NCBI GenBank assembly: GCA_965285935.1
Contig: OZ260664.1
Coordinates: forward strand, 66,960,001 to 67,024,000
Length of the DNA stretch: 64,000 bases
Reading direction: 5' to 3'
Origin: Ophelia neglecta
Lineage: Eukaryota
Shown: one piece after another, positions 1 to 11,400 of the stretch
How the letters are laid out: each line of letters begins with the position of its first letter
How positions within the stretch are numbered: the stretch's first letter is position 1
Translations under genes and position numbers: made by a program
Notes under the pieces: generated by a model
The model's input: only the letters and a program-made list of their open reading frames with translations
Told to the model about the DNA's origin: nothing
Database searches by the model: none

Positions 1-1804
1 TATCCTGTGATGTTAAAACGTGGCAGTGCTTATGGAATAAACACAGTAATCTCCAATCACATTACTTCCACATAACCTTGGTTTTCTAGTTTAATTAAAG
101 TTGCACCTAAACGCCATCCTTAGAGGTTCGTGCTTCACAGATTGTTTTTAATGTTGCTCTTTTATAATCTTACTGTCCGAAAAGTTCATTTAAACCGATA
201 AAATTCTAGCAGATTTATTTTATAAATTCGTATTTATTTTGTCGCCTTTGTTGAGAATAATCTTCATTTATGAATCCGCCTCATATTCAGTTGGTTTATA
301 TCGACATAGTTACAAAGACTATGTTTATACAATTCTCAAGTGAGCAGACACATGCTTGCTTCCCTCCGACTGTCCCCCCAGGCGATTTTCTATTTGGTAC
401 ATAAGTGAGTAACACTCTTGTGTGAAACTTGCAGTCTAGTCATCAACCTATCAGAGCAGGGGAGGAGGGTTACAAGAATTCTGGAATGAGGCTATACGGG
501 GATTAAGTTTCTAGATGAGATTATGCATAATCAATCAAGTATGTAGATTTGTAACTTTAATATCGTTGTGTTTTCTCATGTTCTATTATCACGGCAGCTG
601 ATAAAAGTTTTTTTGAGCTGTTTGTTTATTCAGATCATATCCTATCGTTGCCTGTCCCACCCAGTCTATAAGGCACTGTTCTCTGTCAACTTCAATTGGC
701 CAGTATCACAAGACCATAAAACACCCACGGAATTTATGGGGGCTGCTACCAACCTTTGACAAAGGTGGTTCCCAGAGGGAAAACAATTTGTTTTGCGACT
801 TGTTACCAATGACAAACCAAAGTGAGTTATGGTCAAACTCAGAGGAAGATTCATGGGTCTAACTTGAGGCTACATTATCCGGAAAGTAAAAACGTGTTGG
901 CAATCAGATAGGTCTCTGGATATTATAACACACTAAAAGGACATTGATAGGGGTCAATTGGAAATCTATAATTTGACCCTTAAGATTAAGTCAAAACAAA
1001 ATTAATTAGATATGGAAATCATGAGCTGTCGGCAATTTTTGCAAGAAATTTGGATATCAATCCCGGGAACTCAATGTTTGCATTTTACTGTAGCAGTCCA
1101 AGTAGTATAAATATTGACATATTCTATAAACTATACTGCTCTCTTACAGCCCGAAATGTGACCATCACACGCTGAAGACGCAATGTATCCCTACCTGAGG
1201 CAATTTCAGGTAGACAGTGACACTCGTGTAAGTCAGACACAGGTGGTACTGGTTTTGGGGGGCCCAGTAGTTCAGGGGAAACACCGTGGCCTTTACCTGT
1301 GTATTCTGTGTTAATCTCCTGACCAAGACAATCATCATTGTGGTCCCACGCGAACATGTATGTCCACAGGACCGTTAAATAAAAAGTCTTATGCTATGAT
1401 GTACGGGGAGAGAAATCCCTTTTGAATAGGCTAAGTAATACAGCTGTTTTTATTTTCCTTCTGACCTAAAATACTGCTGGATACTGTAAATTAAATAAAA
1501 ATATTCGTGACAATTTAATTGGCGAATTTTGCGGCATTTGACACATTCATGTCATCTACACTGTTTGAGAGTCGAAAGTGTGGGGGTTTTCAAACGGCCT
1601 AGAGAAGTTTCAAAGTAGATTAAAATATGTTCTCCTTTCTAAGTACTTTGGTGTGTATCCAGTTTATTCTAAGATGTCAACATATTTCATTTTAGGTAAA
1701 GTTTGACTGGCTACAATCTAAGTACAAATTATCTGCTGCAAAATTGGACAGTCTCCATTACTACTTAAACTGTACTCCCTCCTGCTGGACAGTAGTATGG
1801 TATA

Positions 1805-2600
1805 ACTGGCGGGTCAATTATGAGCCAATCAGTCCGCGCACTTAAGAGGCTGAATAATGATAGGGTATGAACACTTTGCTTTGAGAGTAATACTATGTAT
1901 ATTAAATCTATATATACTTATATATAACATGCATAATGAAATATCAAACCCAACCTACCACCACTAAAAGCTTTTCAAGTAAGTAAATAACTTGCCTGAT
2001 CCTTTATGCTAATTTATAATGGTCAGCGGTCGGGTCAGGGGTGTCACAGGAAGTGAATATTAAAGCAGTGACCATGGTTAGCAGTATCAGCATAAGATAT
2101 AATGTGTGGTTTACGATTGTTTAATTTTAAAATGGTTAAACTTACCAAAAGTTGTTCTTATCCGTCATTCCATACCGCCCGGGGGGGGGGGGGGGGAGGG
2201 GGTGTAGGCCTACTCACAAATTGGAGGTAGATAGGTAGGCTCCGCTGGAATGGCCCCCTTTATTCAGGTACCTCCATTTTTATGACAGAAATAGACTTTT
2301 GACCCCCCATTTTTAACCTTCCGGGGAGCATACCTACCCACTTTTGGCCCGAGTACCCCCCCCCCCCCAGGCCCCGGGCACACCGCTACTACTGCCATGC
2401 TGGAAGTCGTAATATAAACCTCCTCGCGCGTCACTCGCTAGACGAAATAGCAAAAAAGTACCTGAAGATGGTATATATTCCCTATTTCTAAGTTAATTAC
2501 TGTCATAATGACGAATAATTTCATGCCAGTATAATATCCACATGAAAGTTTTTTTTTTAATTTTTCGCGACCGGAAACGTTATAATGGCCGCAAATGGTA
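1805..2600. promoter_or_regulatory. Second CpG-rich promoter-like region (gene not identified)
   Basis: CpG clusters (cctcgcgcgtc, ttcgcgaccggaaacg), CCAAT box at about 1825, ETS-like ACAGGAAGTG at about 2046 and CCGGAAA at 2571, YY1-like TAATGGCCGC at about 2583. Minus-strand donor TTG|GTAAGT at about 2146. Confidence 0.4.
2178..2378. mobile_element. Palindromic MITE with CCCGGG(G)n...TACTC / GAGTAC(C)n...CCCGGG ends
   Basis: Both ends are cccggg with inward poly-G/poly-C, tactc/gagta, and an inner inverted pair taggtaggctcc / ggagcataccta. Flanked by an imperfect 7-bp direct repeat, cataccg (2171-2177) and cacaccg (2379-2385). Confidence 0.75.
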
Positions 2601-2765
2601 AAATAATTGACATGTGCTACCACCATGAAGAAGTTATTATCCAGGAAACAAAGTAAATGGAGAAAAGATGATGGAAGAAGTAACTGAGGTTATGATTTTG
2701 TATGATGTGGAAATTGGTAACTTATGGAGTAGAATCAGCTTCCAAGTATTAGTTATCAGGTTATA

Positions 2766-2979
2766 GGCTATTGATTAAACGCGGACGTGCGGAAGTTATA
2801 CGGACGAGGAGGTCATGGGTATTTCGTATTGACCAGTGACAGGAAGCAAAAAAAGCACCAGCAAGGCTAGGGTTAGGGCTGAGGGCTATACTAATTTCAG
2901 TGTTAGGGGAAAGGTTAAAAGGTCTCTTATTTCGGGATTTTCCCGCAAGGCTCCGCGCTTCCGCTTTTAATCAAGAGCC
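2766..2979. mobile_element. MITE-like element with ~28-bp imperfect terminal inverted repeats and an internal TTAGGG-like tract
   Basis: Left end ggctattgattaaacgcggacgtgcgga versus reverse complement of the right end ggctcttgattaaaagcggaagcgcgga. Interior has ctagggttagggctgagggct and tgttagggga. Confidence 0.7.
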
Positions 2980-3182
2980 CTCAGAAGAGATATAGGCCTA
3001 AAATGAGATAGTCGAGTTTTATATCAATCTGAATACCACCAAAACCCATGCTATAACAATTTAGTACCTTCCTACACCCTTGCCCCTCTGTACTTCCTAT
3101 TTGTCGAGATATCGGGAGTGAGTACTGTTGGGTGGGTGCTTAGGAATATTTTTAGGCAAGAGGTCATGTTAGAGTATAAACT

Positions 3183-3270
3183 GGCTCCACAACTACTCAA
3201 AGAAACATCAGTAGTATAGCATATAGAAAACGGCCTCCACAACTACTCAAGGAAATATCAGTAGTGTAAC
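3183..3270. repeat. Two-copy direct repeat, period about 50 bp
   Basis: ctccacaactactcaaagaaacatcagtagtatagc and ctccacaactactcaaggaaatatcagtagtgtaac. Confidence 0.8.
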
Positions 3271-5732
3271 TTTAGGGTTGGAGTACTAAGAGTAAAAACA
3301 TATTCTGCACTTTAAGATTGTCTGGTGGGTCAGTTGTAACCCCCACACTCCATCCCTGCGTCATGGCGGGGGTTTTGGTTTTGACAAGTCAGGAAAATGC
3401 TCTACCCAACAGTGTATTTATTTAAAAGAAATCTCCAGGGAAGCCACAGAAAAGTGGGCAGTGAATGAGTTAAGTGTTGAAAGATATTATCAAAATGTTG
3501 TAATACATTGTAACCCAGGGTTTTTGCAATGGAAATTCACATGGATATGAGAACAATTTCTTGATTTACAATATAATATTTTTCTTGTTTTATGTATATT
3601 TGCTGTTTTTGTATACACCTTTATGAAATAAGTGCCTTTGTTGTTGCTGTTATAGCCATGCCACCAATATTTTGTATTTGCACAGCCTTTTCTGCAGCAG
3701 TCTGGCTCCAAATCAGCATGTGTTACAATGAGTTACAATCTAAACCAGATTCCCTTGCATTGCCCTGCCCGGTTTTGTTTCTCTCTGAATGCTAGTGTAA
3801 CACATTTTAAAACAGGCCTGTGTTTCGAGTGTAAAGGTATATGGAGTTCAAAGTAAATACACATTTACATGTGCATGTATATGAAACTATCAATTTCTTT
3901 AAAGTGTTTAAAACAAACCACTTTAATGAATGCAAGGAGCCCCTTTGAAGAAGCTGGCCAGATAACAACAATAGCTAACAACTGATTATAATAGCTGGTA
4001 TATCACAGAAGACCATTACATGGTAATGTACTTACTATATCCTTGTCCATTAACAAGGCTTTATTTTTAAGGAACATATTATTTGCATACTGTTGTATTC
4101 AAATACTTGGCAGGCCCATCCCATTTCCATTTCTTTACCTTATTCTTTTGAAATGTGCATATTTTTCTATAAATTATTCTGGTGTTTAATTTAAGCTGCA
4201 CTTTTAATGGCTTTGTTTTTAATTACAGTTGGACATAATTGAATGTAGACCTCCCTCTGGGTTTTCATTGTTATAGAAAGAAAAATATCTGGAGAATGAG
4301 TAAATTCTTTCATAATGAAATTAAGTAATATCAAGTTAATTTCATAGTTCATGAGTTGTGCATGCTCTTACAAATTTTTAAAAATCTTATTTATTCAAGA
4401 TTAAAACTGTAATTGAAGCCCCTTGAGAAATCAGGAACCTATACACCAAAGTATGGCTATGTGTACATACCTGTAAGTGTGCTTACTTTTGTATTATCAG
4501 GGAATATTTAGTGAATTTCTATCACTCTTTGTTGAACTTTATAAGCTTATAGTGTCAAGTGTCCTATTAAGTATAATTGCCACGCCTTCTCTCAATAGAT
4601 GTCCAAGCCCGGGTCTTGCCTTTGTTCATTCCATTCTTTTTAGTGTGATTAGAGTGTTCACTGTTCCTATTAAAGTTTTATGGGAACAATGCAATATTAT
4701 GTCCAGCAATTTATATATAGCTGAATTCTCATTAATAAGCTTTAAATGGCAAAAGGCTGACATTTCAAATTTGAAATGGAAGTTTCAAATTTGGAGTGGA
4801 CATTACAATACTGGAAGGTGAATTGTCTGGAAGTACAGTGGTCAGTTTCTCATAGACCACACAGCCAAATTATTCTGTGATTAACCTTACTATTTATATT
4901 AAATTTTACAGCTGAAAATTGCTTCTTAATATTCAATTTCTCTGTGGCAGCCATTAATTGCCCATTGGGGTATTTGACATAGTTCTGATTGGACAAAGAT
5001 ATTGAGCAAATGCAAAATAATGAGCACGAATGATGACATCAAATGCCAAATGCTTTCTATTTGCCATGTAAGCGTGCCAAGATGAATCCTTGCCTACACA
5101 ATATGACTGAGTGAAAGAACAAAATATTTCCACTTCCAAGTTTTCAAGTAGGCAAATACCATGGTATCTGAGCTTATTAAAACTCCTCAGTTTTTAAAGG
5201 GCTGTAGAAATTTTCAATGTCTGCAGTCTACACCTTGTGATTTTACATAACGCACATAAAAGCTGTGATAATATCAGAATTCACCCTGTGGCAATCTTGT
5301 CTAGTGTTTGAAAGGCCTTTTGTGCCCCATGTTAAAAACCTTTCTTCTCTGACCAACTGGACAACTATTGAACTCTACTTTGGCATGATATGATAACACT
5401 AAATTCAAGCTACTAACTAGATACCTCCAAGGTTTAAGTTAAACAATTTTGCAGTGAATGTCATTTCTTTGTCATTTCCAACATCTTTGTATGTTGAGAA
5501 TATCAAATTTTAAAGCTGATTAGAACTGATGTATTATTGGGCCCTATCGAATGTCGGTAAATACCATATATGGTTGAAAATTGTAATTGCACCTCAAGAC
5601 ATAATAATCTGGTTCGCAAAAATTTAACACGAAAGTATAATCATTTTTGCTACTAGCTAAATCAGAGTCCTGGTGTTTGACTGGCTAGAATATAATGGTA
5701 AATAATCATACTACAGTTATTTTAAAGTTATA

Positions 5733-5738
5733 TTTATT
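5733..5738 (-). terminator. Candidate polyadenylation signal (AATAAA) of the protocadherin, giving a 3' UTR of about 0.55 kb
   Basis: tttatt on + at 5733-5738, downstream of the stop codon, at the end of a tract that is U-rich on the minus strand. Confidence 0.5.
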
Positions 5739-6289
5739 CATGTTAATCTTTTACACATTTACGTAACAAACATTTACAAATTTATACAAAAGTAATAACA
5801 TGCAATACACTTTCAAACAAAGAGATATTCTGATAGAAATAAATAGAAAAATTATGCAAAAAACACAAGTTCTTGACAAATAGAACAAATCAATGTTCTA
5901 ACTAAATAGAAGACTCATCTGTTATAAGAAAAACTGAAAGAGTGTGATTATCAAAGTACAAAATGTTGGCAAAGGTGTTCCAGCGAAATGCATTTGATGT
6001 TTGATTGTAATACGAGATTTGTCTCCTTCATTCGCCCAATAAAATAACATACAGATTGACACCAGGTATGACAAAAAATTCACATCATTGCATATCAATT
6101 ATTTACATTAAGCTACTAAGCAATTGCTAAGAGCTGCTGCCTTTACAATAAGTTGTTCTAAGATGAGTATATTAATGACAAATGTACTCTATACATTTAA
6201 ACCGGTCATTCAGTTTGGCTTTGGACTGACCTCAAGCCAGGTACTTTGAGTATCAACCTCAAATTCAGTCAAATTAACATCAATGATGT

Positions 6290-7045
6290 TTACACATCCA
6301 CACTCTTTAGGCAGTCTTCCCCGCCTTCCAGAACAAAGCTGCCAGATGTACTAGATCCGTCGTCAGATACATTGTCTGTACTATCATTCAGGCTTTGTCT
6401 TGTGGACCATGGCTGGCCTATAGGAGGCCTGATGGTAAAGTTCTGAGGCTGGGGATATGTCCTTTTGGGAACCACAGGTTTTGTTTTTGGCGCACGAATA
6501 GGAACAGGAGGTGGCAAATGTTCTTCCGATTCCTGATAGGTCGGCGGAGGGTTGCCTTGGTAACTGTTCCTCTTTGAGTTTGGCATGTTGCCTTGGAAAC
6601 TGCTCATCCTAGAGACAGGTGGTTCACCTTGGTAACTGTTCCTTTGAGAGTATGGTGGATTACCATGGAAACTGGTCCTCAAATTGTCATTGGTTGGCTT
6701 AGGACCCAAACTGATGATGTTTGTTTGTGGCGGCTGTGTCCCCGGGTTTATACCTGTACCGGTATGGCCATGGTTTACAGTATAAAGGCTGGGATGTTGA
6801 TAACTGTTAGGCCTAGACATGGGGGCTTTCTCCAAACCTTTATGATAGAGCACACTGGGTTGGTGAGGATTTGAGGCTGGTCCACAGTGAATTTGGACTT
6901 GACCATTAGAGATGTTGTGTGGGTCCCCCTCCTCGCTGGGATCACTAGGCCCATGTCCACTGTCAGCGTTTGAGATATCAGCTGAGCAGCCTGATGTACT
7001 GTCAGAATCTCGGTCATTCTTCATCACCCTCAGCAACTGGTAGCC
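6290..7045 (-). CDS. Protocadherin terminal coding exon (251 aa cytoplasmic tail)
   Basis: Acceptor ttttattctatag|GGC TAC CAG at 7046/7045, in frame with the 248-aa ORF 6290..7036. Contains DSGHGPSD (resembles the DSG(H/K)G(D)S core of delta-protocadherin CM1) and a Pro/Ser-rich tail. Stop TAA at 6292-6290. Confidence 0.88.
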   Translation of the reverse strand, partial: GYQLLRVMKNDRDSDSTSGCSADISNADSGHGPSDPSEEGDPHNISNGQVQIHCGPASNPHQPSVLYHKGLEKAPMSRPNSYQHPSLYTVNHGHTGTGINPGTQPPQTNIISLGPKPTNDNLRTSFHGNPPYSQRNSYQGEPPVSRMSSFQGNMPNSKRNSYQGNPPPTYQESEEHLPPPVPIRAPKTKPVVPKRTYPQPQNFTIRPPIGQPWSTRQSLNDSTDNVSDDGSSTSGSFVLEGGEDCLKSVDV

Positions 7046-8317
7046 CTATAGAATAAAAACAAATGTATTAAAACTCTGGTCCATATAGTATGTGTATTGA
7101 TTTAATCATAATTACCATAACAATAAACATGAGCCAGATAATGGACATTTGGATTATCTTGTAACAGTTATACATGGTGTTTCCATGTACAGTATATTGA
7201 AGAAGTACATTGAATACAAGCTCATCAAAACCCAGACTGACATAGATTTCATTATGACTATGTACAGATAAATCACTAAAAATTAATTTGAGTTTTTTCA
7301 GGCCATTGATTTAGTAATCCTTTCATGAGTACAATTAGACATATAAGAAGTCAGGGTCTGACATATTTTTTTATTCTTGTCTGCTATGGTAGGGCCACGT
7401 ATAAATGTACATAACATTTTACCTCCTCCAACAAAATCAACCTAACCAATACATTTACAACAAAAATAACATAACTGAAATACCCGCGCACATTGTATTC
7501 CCTCTCTCTTGTTTTAAACTCAAAGCATTAAATCATATGGAAATCACATTCTCCATGCTGGTGCACTGATACTAACTAAACTAAAGATGTTATGGCCGAC
7601 TTGAAACACTTGGTTATGTAGTCCCACAAGCTACAAGCAGTGGGAGGGGGTGAAATGAAAGTGGCATAATTGGGGTTGGCCTGTTGGACACCCATCACCA
7701 GTATCTACAAGCCTGATAGTTAATGCTACATGCCCTGGGCAGTGGGGCAGTTGGTCATGTCAGACCCTGGAAGTAACAACATACTTTTAGGAAATTGTTT
7801 GCCTACAATTGTAATGTGTGTTCAAGACTATTCTGCTCAGAGTTACAAAAATACAACATGATAATTTTGTTTATTATATTACTGGAGTATTTCTTTTCTA
7901 AATGGCTGGCCTGCACTGAGCTTATTCATTAGATATATGATAAAATATCTTTTATATTAACCAGATGCTCATTTAGCATTTAAACATTGTATATATATTA
8001 AGTCCCATATGTTAATTAATATGTATCAAGTCATTATTATATAACTGATAAATGTTCATCAGCAGTAACAATAACCTTGTATTGGCGTTTATCAATAACA
8101 GACTACTGTTGTATGATAATCAAAATAGGACCTAATATTATGATTACCCAATAATTGACATGGCAATAAATTGTTGTTTGTGATGACTCATATGTAATTG
8201 ATCTCTCAAATATTGGGTGTAATTCTTATTTATTGGAATTGACTGGATAATGAGTAATTCACACATTGATTTATTCTTATAAGTTGTGCTTGATATCATA
8301 ATGTGGTAAAACTTTAC

Positions 8318-8437
8318 CTCCAGATCTCCTTGGTTTGCAGACGTGGGGTGAATAACGCCATTTTGGATCATGGAGCTTGTATTCCCAACATTCATCGGGT
8401 GGCCTTTTGTCCCTGAGTGTCGGACTCGCTGGAGGTC
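8318..8437 (-). CDS. Protocadherin coding exon 2 (40 aa, cytoplasmic: DLQRVRHSGTKGHPMNVGNTSSMIQNGVIHPTSANQGDLE)
   Basis: Acceptor tgtttcatatcag|GAC at 8438/8437 and donor GAG|gtaaag at 8318/8317. Length 120 nt, phase 0 at both ends, open in the frame joining exons 1 and 3. GC-richer than the flanking AT-rich intron. Confidence 0.75.
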
Positions 8438-11400
8438 CTGATATGAAACAATTTTTATAAAATGACATTATATTTAATAACCAATTATTAACATGAAGAC
8501 CTATTTTGTATTTTATTGGAAGAGTAGGTCCTATATTTGCTGCATGATCAATACATCTAAAAGGAGTTGAAACTGATATTAAGTGACTCATAACTTGAAT
8601 TAATTCATTATAATCACTTCAAATTGTTTATCATTCTTTATAAAATTTATGTCTATAAAAGTATATTAAATTGGTTATTTTTCCTCTGACATTTGGAGGG
8701 GTACTCAATTTCACATGGGCACCCTAAGGAAAACACAGAGATTCGGGCATGGGAAAAATTAATTATCACAAATTTGATTTAAAAATTATTGGTCTAATCT
8801 GGCAGCCCAGGTAGTAATCTTGTGGCCAACCTTTCCTGAGGGACTTTTCACACCAGGTTGATCATTACAGCCTGCCACCCCCCACCCCCCCCCATGATTT
8901 AAGCTGACAGCTTCTAACTTCTAATTAGTCAGATGTGAATACAGTTTATCAAAAGGGACAGGCATGAAGAATCTATACATACAAGTTCTTCCATCTTGAG
9001 AGCTTTCAATATTACTTTGCTTTACTCAACATTCTTTCCTGTGAATCAGATGCAAATCTTTATTTGAAAATAATTTTAGTTAGCTTTGGTTTGAATTATT
9101 TACGTTTGGTTCTAATAGTAAATGAAGCTGGCTTCAAGTCTACCTGTAAACTCTGTACAGTGTCATGCAAAGATAGAACGAACAGATCTACAATCACCAC
9201 CCTTACTCTAATGAGGAAAGCCCTCACTGCAGATAGCAGCCAATTGCATGTCTAATTTGATATTTTATATCAAAATTATACCCTGAAGGCACTCTTGGCT
9301 CTCCAGTGGAGGTTTCCAACCATTCATTTTGAGGTGGAAATCATAAGATTGGTGGAGAGGCTGTGTACGGACAATGGATGCACCTGGATGTTATGATATA
9401 ACTTACTTCTCCAGTTATAGAAACCCTCCAACTGATCTACTCCAGCATTCTACATCTTATCTGATGTAATGCCAAAGTTTGAAATTTCTTTGCCACAACC
9501 TGACAACCAGGCAAATTAAATTACAGGCTTGCTGACATTGGGCTAGACGTTGACAAGCATGTCCAGGCAGACTTCACAAAGAATAGGTGACTTAATCCCA
9601 CCACTTAAAAAATGGGGAGCCAGTGCACCGAACATTGCACAATTGCATTGTAAGAGGCAACAAATTGCTGACCATTCATTAAACCATTTTTGTTGGAACC
9701 TTTTCGATTTGGAATTCCACTGAAATTGGCATGTGCAAATTAAACAAGAGCCAGTTTATTTTAATTGGGATATAATTCAGGAAATTACAACCATTTTCAC
9801 ATTCCTTTAAATATTCCTTCAATATGTCGGTAGTGATAATCAGCCAATGAAATGCCTAATGTGAGGGCTTTTGATAAACAGGGAGTGTCTTATATTAGGT
9901 AATGCAAGCTAATGAAAAGACAATTTGAAACTTTCACAGGTGTAGCTTCCCAAGAAACAATGACAATGTGTTTATTTGCAACTATTAAGTTCTGTAATGT
10001 TCTTAATTTTCACCTTCTGTGAAACAACATCCAGCATTACCATTGTGCAATTAGGTTAGGAGTGACCATAACAGATCCATTATGGACGGCGCTGTATGTG
10101 CAGGATTGTTACCATTGTCAAGAGAGATAGACAGTAACCACATGACCTCTGAGGGTAAGATGGCTGCACTGTGGGATTGCTATAATTGAGAACATGCTTC
10201 ATTTAGTGCAATGAAAACTCTACCACTACAACTGACACCAAAATGGGGGGATTACAGAAAGTGTCTCAGCAGGAAAGATGCCTCCCTAAATTGGCCTTTT
10301 TAAAGCCATAATCATTGCCATGTGTGACCAACAAATGAAAATACAATTAAATGCCATTGGTGTTGAAGGGCATAAAGGTGTGGATAGTGCCAATGTCAAC
10401 ACATATTGTATATATACAAGTATATATATTCAATTTACCAACAACTATGCTGATAAAACCTGACATTATTAGGCTTGAACAAGGTACTAATCTGGCATCA
10501 ATATTTGATAATACTGGCATGAGTAATTGATGATAAAATCTAAATAGAATCAAACCACCAAAGATCAATGCAAATTGGTATTGATCCAAGTCTGGAAAAA
10601 TCCAACCAGACACAATGAAACTATTGATAAATGTATGATTTTAGTCTTGAAGAGACTGTTGCAATTTATGAAGCATAACACAAACATTCAATCAATTCAC
10701 CATTAGTGCTACTACAGTAAGTCCTTACTGTTAAAAGAAAGATTGATACTGCCAAATTATACTATGCTGTTCTTTTTACATTAGAACCAGCTCCTAATAT
10801 TTTCTGAGACCTAATATTTGAAAAGCAGATTCCGGTGAGCACAGACACAGAAACAGATCTATGATTACAGAAATGTTCAGGCAGATGTCTCATGTCATAT
10901 CAGGGTCACAAAGAAATCCTTGATTGCAGGAATTATATTGTAGGCCCCAGAGCCTTGGAAAGTCTGCTGTGATCTCTCAGTATGAGCTGGCTCAACCTCT
11001 CAAGTATCACTCAGCAGACAATGCTAAGAGATGGGCTTGGTAAAGTCCTTGTAAAGGAAGACTACCACGACACATAATCATACCCAACCTGGTCATTTTG
11101 GCAGCTACCTTTTGTTTTCCCAAGAGATCAGATATGAGGATGTGAGAGAGGATGTGCATTTGACAAGTGAAAAGGGTGGCTTGGTGGTGTGATTAGCTAG
11201 AATAAAGGCAGATATCAGAACAAAATGGTACACTTCAGACATTGTTCCTGGTCCCCAGAGGTGGCACTGAGAGTTGGAGATTAGGTAAGATACTATAACC
11301 GACCATGTGACAGGACTGGACCTAATAGGTAAGCCAACACTCCAGTTGACATGGGATCTCTACAAGTCCTCAGGCAGGAAAGCCAACCCCCTTATCTGGT

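Noticed and set aside
1124-1357. 77-aa minus-strand ORF as an exon of a neighbouring gene
   Set aside because: No recognisable domain and no convincing acceptor; cannot be supported without transcript data.
8277-8591. 104-aa ORF as the reading frame of exon 2
   Set aside because: Splice phases from exons 1 and 3 require the other frame (that of ORF 8144..8395).
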